A stretch of DNA of 64,000 bases from Nanobdellota archaeon (GTDB lineage: Archaea; Nanobdellota; Nanobdellia; Woesearchaeales; UBA10107): NCBI GenBank assembly GCA_042571125.1, contig JBHPFU010000002.1:109878-173877 (forward strand), given 5' to 3'. Of the stretch, positions 58,854 through 64,000 are shown piece after piece (position 1 is the first letter of the stretch; every line of letters starts with the position of its first letter). The notes under the pieces were generated by a model. That model made no database searches, was not told where the DNA came from, and saw only the letters and a list, made by a program, of their open reading frames with translations. The translations under genes were made by a program, and so were the position numbers.

Positions 58854-59450
58854 TTATATGAGGCCTCTCTTTGTATATGTTTTTGCCTCTTCTGGTGTAA
58901 ATAGACCTTTTGCTTCCAAGAATCGTTTTATAAGCGCCTGTAATTTGTATGCTTCTTTATAAAGATAAAGTCTGTGATCCTCTATCTCTTTTCTGTATAT
59001 TCTCTTCTGGAAAATTTTTATGAAACTTTTCATTAATCCGCTTTTTTTCCACTCGCCGCGATAATCAAGTTCGAGGTTTGCTACTATTGTTGCTTCAACT
59101 TCTCCTTTATCTAGCTTAAGTTTTTTTCCCTTATGCATAACTTCAGCCTTAGTCATATTAAGAATATGATAATCGATATCCAGAAGATATCTTAGATAAC
59201 CTGTTTTTTTATTTACTCCGTCAGGATACTTTATTGTTCTCCACCACATCCATAATTCTTTTCCCATCTGGTTGGTCTTATCCAGATAGAGTTTTTCTCT
59301 AAACTTTTCTCCACCTTCATCATCAAAGTATTTTTCTTCGTCAAGCCATTCTTTCACAACTTTATAAAGAAATTTCAGTGCGAATACATCTTCAACCTTT
59401 ACACTAAATGTTGCTGCATTAATAATCTCTCCTTTCATCTTTACTTCCAT
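58854..59450 (-). CDS. Hypothetical protein (198 aa).
   Basis: ORF with BRE/TATA GAAAACTTTATAAAAA about 25 bp upstream on the minus strand. Confidence 0.45.
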   Translation of the reverse strand: MEVKMKGEIINAATFSVKVEDVFALKFLYKVVKEWLDEEKYFDDEGGEKFREKLYLDKTNQMGKELWMWWRTIKYPDGVNKKTGYLRYLLDIDYHILNMTKAEVMHKGKKLKLDKGEVEATIVANLELDYRGEWKKSGLMKSFIKIFQKRIYRKEIEDHRLYLYKEAYKLQALIKRFLEAKGLFTPEEAKTYTKRGLI

Positions 59451-59470
59451 AACTAGAAATTGTCGATAGG

Positions 59471-59486
59471 TTTTTATAAAGTTTTC
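59471..59486 (-). promoter_or_regulatory. BRE/TATA promoter (minus strand) for the gene starting at 59450.
   Basis: Reverse complement GAAAAC-TTTATAAAAA, about 22 bp upstream of the start. Confidence 0.5.
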
Positions 59487-59487
59487 G

Positions 59488-60135
59488 TTAGTATCTGTTA
59501 AGGCTTCTAGAGAAGAGCACTTCTAAAAATTTTCTTAATTTCAGAGGTTTTGTCTTTATTTTAACTTTATTCTTACGTATTGCTTCAAAAATAGAAGAGA
59601 TATTTTTTTTAGCATCAATATAAGAAAAAGTTGAATTGAATTGCCAAAGGCGATGGGCATCTGAAGTTCCAACCATTGGTAATTTTAATTTTTTTGCTAT
59701 TCTTTCTGCTTTTTTGTTTAGATTAAAAAATCTAAGGTAATAATGACAGTATTCAACAGCATCAAACACGTCCTTATGCTTAATTAAGTTTTTTCCAACT
59801 GAACTAAATAGGTAAAACGGATGCGGTGCGATAACTAACGAAGTTTTTCCTAATTTTTTGAGATCTTCAAACTTTTTTAAGTTATATTTTTTAGGGGGAT
59901 TTAAAATTAAAACGTCCTGTCCTTCAATTTTTTCTTCGACTCCCGGTATTAAAAGAATTCTTTTCTTTTTTGCATATCTTTTCAAACTTTCATTAAAATA
60001 AACATCGCAATGATTTGTTATAGATAGAACATCAAAACCAAGTTTGGATGCTTCATCTATTAATTCTTTTGCACTATAAGCTATATTTTCTTCTGGATCT
60101 TCCTTTGTGTGTATATGAAAGTCTGCTTTAAGCAT
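59488..60135 (-). CDS. PHP-domain phosphoesterase.
   Basis: N-terminal KADFHIHT and PHP His clusters. Confidence 0.7.
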   Translation of the reverse strand: MLKADFHIHTKEDPEENIAYSAKELIDEASKLGFDVLSITNHCDVYFNESLKRYAKKKRILLIPGVEEKIEGQDVLILNPPKKYNLKKFEDLKKLGKTSLVIAPHPFYLFSSVGKNLIKHKDVFDAVEYCHYYLRFFNLNKKAERIAKKLKLPMVGTSDAHRLWQFNSTFSYIDAKKNISSIFEAIRKNKVKIKTKPLKLRKFLEVLFSRSLNRY

Positions 60136-60178
60136 TTAAATGAAAAGGTTTTTATATCTTTAAAAATCTTGCTAAATC

Positions 60179-61372
60179 ATGTTAATTGGGGTGGTTGGGA
60201 AACCTTCAGTAGGAAAATCAACATTTTTTAAGGCTGCAACTCTGGCAGAGGCAGAGATAGCAAACTATCCTTTTACAACAATAAAGCCTAATCATGGTAC
60301 AGGGTATGTTAAGGTTGAATGTGCTGAAACTCATTTTAAGGTTAAGTGCAATCCTAGATTCGGTTTCTGCATTGACGGAAAACGATTTGTTCCTGTTGAT
60401 ATGCTTGATGTTGCAGGTTTAGTCCCTGGAGCGCATGAAGGCAAAGGAATGGGCAACCAGTTCTTAGATGACTTAAGACAGGCAGATGTTCTAGTTCATG
60501 TTGTTGATGTTGCAGGCACAACTAATGAAAAGGGAGAACCCGTCAATCCTGGCAGTTATGATCCTGCAAATGACATTAAATTTCTAGAAGAGGAACTTGA
60601 TTTCTGGTATTTGGGAATATTAAAAAAAGGCTGGGAAAAATTCGCAAGAGAGATTCAGCAAACACACGGAGAAATACATAAAGCACTAGGAAAACAATTA
60701 TCCGCATTAGGAATTAATGAAAAGATGGCTGAAGATGTTATCAAAAAGATTGGTTTAGACCCGACTAGTGTTACAGTATGGTCAGAAGATGACCTATTAA
60801 AATTGGCTCAAGAATTCAGAAAGCTAACAAAACCAATGATTGTTGCGTGCAATAAGATTGATCTTCCTAGTGCAGCGGAAAACTTTACAAGATTAGAGAA
60901 TGAGTTCCCAGATCACTTATTAATTGCCTGTTCTGCAGATTCCGAAGTTGCATTAAGAGAAGCGGCTAAACATGAATTGATTGATTATGTGCCTGGAGAG
61001 TCTGAGTTTAAGATAAAAGGTTCTTTAAATGAAAAGCAAGAGCAGGCATTAAACTTCATAAAGGGAAATATGCTCTCTAAATTCGGATCGACAGGAGTTC
61101 AACAGGTTCTTGACGCTGCAATCTTCAAAATATTGAAGTACATCGCTATCTTTCCTGGGGGGGTTAACAAATTAGCAGATCAGGACGGAAATATTCTGCC
61201 TGATTGTTTCTTACTGCCTCCAAAATCAACAGCATTAGACTTTGCATACAAAGTTCACAGTGACATAGGAGATAATTTTATCAGAGCGGTTGATGCTAAG
61301 ACAAAAATGGTTGTTGGCAAGGAACATCTTCTTAAGCACGGAGATGTTTTAGAAATCGTTGCAGATAGATAA
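60179..61372 (+). CDS. Obg/YchF/DRG-family GTPase with a C-terminal TGS-like domain.
   Basis: G1 GKPSVGKST, G3 DVAGL, G4 NKID. 397 aa. Confidence 0.75.
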   Translation: MLIGVVGKPSVGKSTFFKAATLAEAEIANYPFTTIKPNHGTGYVKVECAETHFKVKCNPRFGFCIDGKRFVPVDMLDVAGLVPGAHEGKGMGNQFLDDLRQADVLVHVVDVAGTTNEKGEPVNPGSYDPANDIKFLEEELDFWYLGILKKGWEKFAREIQQTHGEIHKALGKQLSALGINEKMAEDVIKKIGLDPTSVTVWSEDDLLKLAQEFRKLTKPMIVACNKIDLPSAAENFTRLENEFPDHLLIACSADSEVALREAAKHELIDYVPGESEFKIKGSLNEKQEQALNFIKGNMLSKFGSTGVQQVLDAAIFKILKYIAIFPGGVNKLADQDGNILPDCFLLPPKSTALDFAYKVHSDIGDNFIRAVDAKTKMVVGKEHLLKHGDVLEIVADR

Positions 61373-61747
61373 TTAATTCTTAAAGGCGCTTGCAAGATCA
61401 ATTACGTATTTCCCTTCTCCAACCTTAAATATTAGAGGATCTTTCTTGAACAGATGAACTAAGTCGAGTTCGAATTTTCCTGGTTCTACTGTTCTCACAG
61501 ATTCAATATCAAGAATAACTGGCTTGTCTTTAACAACACCAATATCAACTAAATCAAGAACATCTTTTTCCATCTCTACTTTTTCTTTAGGAGTCAGGTT
61601 TTCAATTGCTTCGATAGTTTCTTTTGCTTTCTGTAGTGCTTCTTTTTTGATAAAGAAAAATAATTTAGCTCCACAAGCGCATCCTTTCAGAATCTCTTCT
61701 GCAGGATCGGCATATATTTTTCCACATCGAACGCATTGGTGAGGCAT
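61373..61747 (-). CDS. Zn-ribbon protein. The track ORF extends to 61840, but the internal Met avoids a 92-bp overlap.
   Basis: CVRCG...CACG is a zinc ribbon at the N-terminus. Confidence 0.45.
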   Translation of the reverse strand: MPHQCVRCGKIYADPAEEILKGCACGAKLFFFIKKEALQKAKETIEAIENLTPKEKVEMEKDVLDLVDIGVVKDKPVILDIESVRTVEPGKFELDLVHLFKKDPLIFKVGEGKYVIDLASAFKN

Positions 61748-61748
61748 C

Positions 61749-62135
61749 TTATCTCTTTCTCTTTTTCTTGGCTTCTTTTGTAAAAAGTTGTATCTTGCTT
61801 GGGTCTTTCTTAATGCTTTTAATGACTGCAGCTGCCCCAATCAATGTCAAGCCTTGTCTGTCTCCGAGAATAGAATTTATAACTGTACTTTTCATTTTCT
61901 GGAATCCTTCTAATTTTCCTTGGTGAGGGTTAATCACTGCTAATTCGATTCCTTTGAAATCTTTATTTATCTCTTCCATTGTTGCTTTGATAAGCTCTAC
62001 TTCTTCTTCTTTCTTTAATCTTCCTTGCAGTAGAATTATCTTATTCTCTTTGGCCTCTGTCAAAAGTTTTCTGATTCTTCCAATTGAGCTCAATCCTTCG
62101 ATTTCCGAATATGGCATTAATTGTAGTGTTACCAT
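61749..62135 (-). CDS. Small protein, possibly Roadblock/LC7 (MglB-like).
   Basis: 128 aa, directly between a small GTPase gene and a Zn-ribbon gene. The fold assignment is an inference from size and context. Confidence 0.3.
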   Translation of the reverse strand: MVTLQLMPYSEIEGLSSIGRIRKLLTEAKENKIILLQGRLKKEEEVELIKATMEEINKDFKGIELAVINPHQGKLEGFQKMKSTVINSILGDRQGLTLIGAAAVIKSIKKDPSKIQLFTKEAKKKRKR

Positions 62136-62136
62136 T

Positions 62137-62772
62137 TTAACCCGCTAATGCTAATACCCCTTCATAAAATTCATCCATATTTTTTCCTTTTTTTGCAGAC
62201 ATGCCCATAACATCATATTGAGGAAATGCGGCCATTATTTTCTTTAGATTTGCTTTTCTCAAATCTGTTTTATTTCCGATAATCAACACGGGAATTTTCC
62301 TTGCTGCAAGATTTCCAATAATTGTTAAATTAACTTGAGAATACGGGTCTTTTGTTGCATCAAGAACAACAATAACCACGTCCATATCATCAAGCCATTT
62401 GATCGAATCGATAACTCCTTTTGTTGCTTCTTTTGCTCTTTTTTTTGCTACTGCTGTTTTTAATCCTGCTTTAACAAAATCTTCATAATCTATTTTTGTA
62501 GCGATTCCAGGAGTATCTACAAGGTTAAAGGATAATTCTTTTCCTTTTGATTTTATGTTAATCTGCTCTTTTACAGTAATCTCTCTTGTTTCGTGAGCAA
62601 TCTTAGAAGCCTTTCCCATTTCCTCGCCAAGCCAGTCCTTGCAAATTCTATTCGCCAAGGTTGTTTTTCCAGCATTAGGCGGGCCATATAACCCTAGCTT
62701 AACGTGTTTTTTCTTTTTAAATAAATCTCTAAAAACCTTGTTTATAAATTGCTTAACAAACTTTAACATCAA
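62137..62772 (-). CDS. Small Ras/MglA-like GTPase.
   Basis: G1 GPPNAGKTT, G3 DTPG, G4 NKTD. 211 aa. Confidence 0.7.
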   Translation of the reverse strand: MMLKFVKQFINKVFRDLFKKKKHVKLGLYGPPNAGKTTLANRICKDWLGEEMGKASKIAHETREITVKEQINIKSKGKELSFNLVDTPGIATKIDYEDFVKAGLKTAVAKKRAKEATKGVIDSIKWLDDMDVVIVVLDATKDPYSQVNLTIIGNLAARKIPVLIIGNKTDLRKANLKKIMAAFPQYDVMGMSAKKGKNMDEFYEGVLALAG

Positions 62773-62841
62773 ACCACCATCTTTTGGGTATATAATGGGC
62801 CTGGAATATATATAAATGTTTCGCTTGCCTTTTTTAAGCAG

Positions 62842-62855
62842 AAAGCTTTATATAA
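62842..62855 (+). promoter_or_regulatory. BRE/TATA promoter for the HTH/PIN gene pair.
   Basis: AAAGC-TTTATATAA, 22 bp upstream of ATG 62878. Confidence 0.55.
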
Positions 62856-62877
62856 TGAATTTTACAATTTTAGTGAT

Positions 62878-63441
62878 ATGATTGAGGAGATAAGACAAAC
62901 AATCCTTGATATATTAAACGAAGTTGTTAGGATTCTCGAGGTCAAGGAAGAGAAAGATGTTTTTGAGATTAGAGGATTAAGTGATCGTACAATTCGTTAT
63001 GCTTCTATTTACCAAGATAAAGATGCAATTTCAATTGCTGTTGTTGTCTATGCTTTGTTCAAGATAATTGAAAGACAAACAGACATGGGTTCAAAAGTGT
63101 ATACTCTTGTCCTATCCCATCTAAAGAAAGCAAAAAAATATCTTTGGAAGAGTGATTTTGAAAAATATGGGTCAATGATGCGCGGACTGTTAAAAGAAAT
63201 TGCAGAAATTGACAGAAAATTAAAAGTATACATAATCGATGTTATTGAAAAGGCGAAATTAAAAAAAGGTTCTAAAATTTATGAGCAGGGTGTTTCAATA
63301 GGAAGGGCTGCCGAACTTATGGGGATTTCTCAATGGGAACTTCTGAGTTATGTAGGTAAAACAGAGATTGCTGAAGAGGTTCCAAAAGTAACTTCGATAA
63401 AAGGAAGATTAAATCTGGTTAGGAGGATGTTTAATTTATGA
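62878..63441 (+). CDS. Protein with a C-terminal UPF0175-like HTH, a putative antitoxin.
   Basis: GVSIGRAAELMGISQWELLSYV. BRE/TATA AAAGCTTTATATAA 22 bp upstream. Confidence 0.45.
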   Translation: MIEEIRQTILDILNEVVRILEVKEEKDVFEIRGLSDRTIRYASIYQDKDAISIAVVVYALFKIIERQTDMGSKVYTLVLSHLKKAKKYLWKSDFEKYGSMMRGLLKEIAEIDRKLKVYIIDVIEKAKLKKGSKIYEQGVSIGRAAELMGISQWELLSYVGKTEIAEEVPKVTSIKGRLNLVRRMFNL

Positions 63442-64000
63442 AATCAATAATATTTGACACAGGTCCAATCATAAGTTTAGCAACAAACAATCTTCTTTGG
63501 GTTCTGGGAAAACTTCATGAACGTTATAATGGTGAATTTTATATCTCGCGTCATGTTGAGAATGAATTAATTACAAAATCCTTAAGAACAAAACGATTTA
63601 AATTTGAGGCACTGCAAGTTCTAAGGCATGTTAGGAAAGGTACGATTAGGATAATTCATCAAAAGAATATTGAAACTTTAACTAATGAACTATTAGGGCT
63701 TGCAAATAATATTTTCAAAGCAAAGGGGCAATGGGTTCGTATTGTTCAGGCGGGAGAGATGGAAGCTTTAGCTGCAAGCATTATTCTTGATGCTGACGCA
63801 GTTGTTGTTGATGAAAGAACAACAAGACATCTTGTAGAAGAACCATTTTCTGTTAAGAAGATTATGGAAAAAAAGATGCATACAAAAGTTTATGTTCATA
63901 AAGCAAATCTGAAAAAATTTAGCAGCATAACTAAAAAAGTGAAAATAATAAGATCTATTGAGCTTGTTATGGCTGCATATGAGCTTGGATGGCTGAAAGC
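63438..64000 (+). CDS. PIN-like (DUF3368-type) protein, a putative toxin. 3'-partial at the window end.
   Basis: ATGA overlap with the upstream gene. N-terminal IIFDTGPIISL and later DADAVVVDER acidic residues. The ORF runs to the window end. Confidence 0.4.
   Translation, partial: MKSIIFDTGPIISLATNNLLWVLGKLHERYNGEFYISRHVENELITKSLRTKRFKFEALQVLRHVRKGTIRIIHQKNIETLTNELLGLANNIFKAKGQWVRIVQAGEMEALAASIILDADAVVVDERTTRHLVEEPFSVKKIMEKKMHTKVYVHKANLKKFSSITKKVKIIRSIELVMAAYELGWLK

Noticed and set aside
1-64000. CRISPR arrays, rRNA genes or IS elements.
   Set aside because: No short regularly spaced direct repeats, rRNA-like conserved stretches or transposase ORFs were seen.

Overview
This is an AT-rich (about one-third GC), gene-dense stretch of an archaeal chromosome, most likely from a DPANN-type reduced genome. 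Archaeal marker genes present include Orc1/Cdc6, FtsZ, GatD/GatE, RtcB with archease, diphthine and deoxyhypusine synthases, ribosomal protein S15, Cdc48, a PIN-KH ATPase and a RecJ/GAN-like nuclease. The window opens inside a giant gene (more than 2600 aa) for a sequon-rich, repeat-containing surface protein. That protein has one transmembrane helix and a roughly 650-aa His/Glu-rich repetitive tail, and is followed by a MinD/ParA ATPase and a string of small ORFs. I found seven tRNA genes by eye: Asn, Ile, Arg-GCG, two Gln, Arg-CCU and Thr. One tRNA-Gln carries a roughly 44-nt intron in the T-arm. Two gene fragments flank the tRNA-Asn/Ile pair: the N-terminal third of Dph2 and a Hel308 helicase lacking its first RecA domain. 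The most unusual locus is an operon at 24988-29898, directly downstream of the tandem tRNA-Gln genes. It encodes a bacterial-type DnaG primase (zinc finger plus TOPRIM), a 684-aa protein with a novel N-terminus and a YprB-type RNase H-fold exonuclease, and an ImmA/IrrE-like zinc peptidase. The three genes are translationally coupled. A Cas4/RecB-like nuclease fused to a second YprB-type exonuclease domain lies nearby. A strong, recurrent archaeal BRE/TATA promoter motif (AAAGCTTTATAAA) sits 22-32 bp upstream of many start codons, implying mostly leaderless transcripts. No CRISPR array, rRNA, integrase or transposase was seen.
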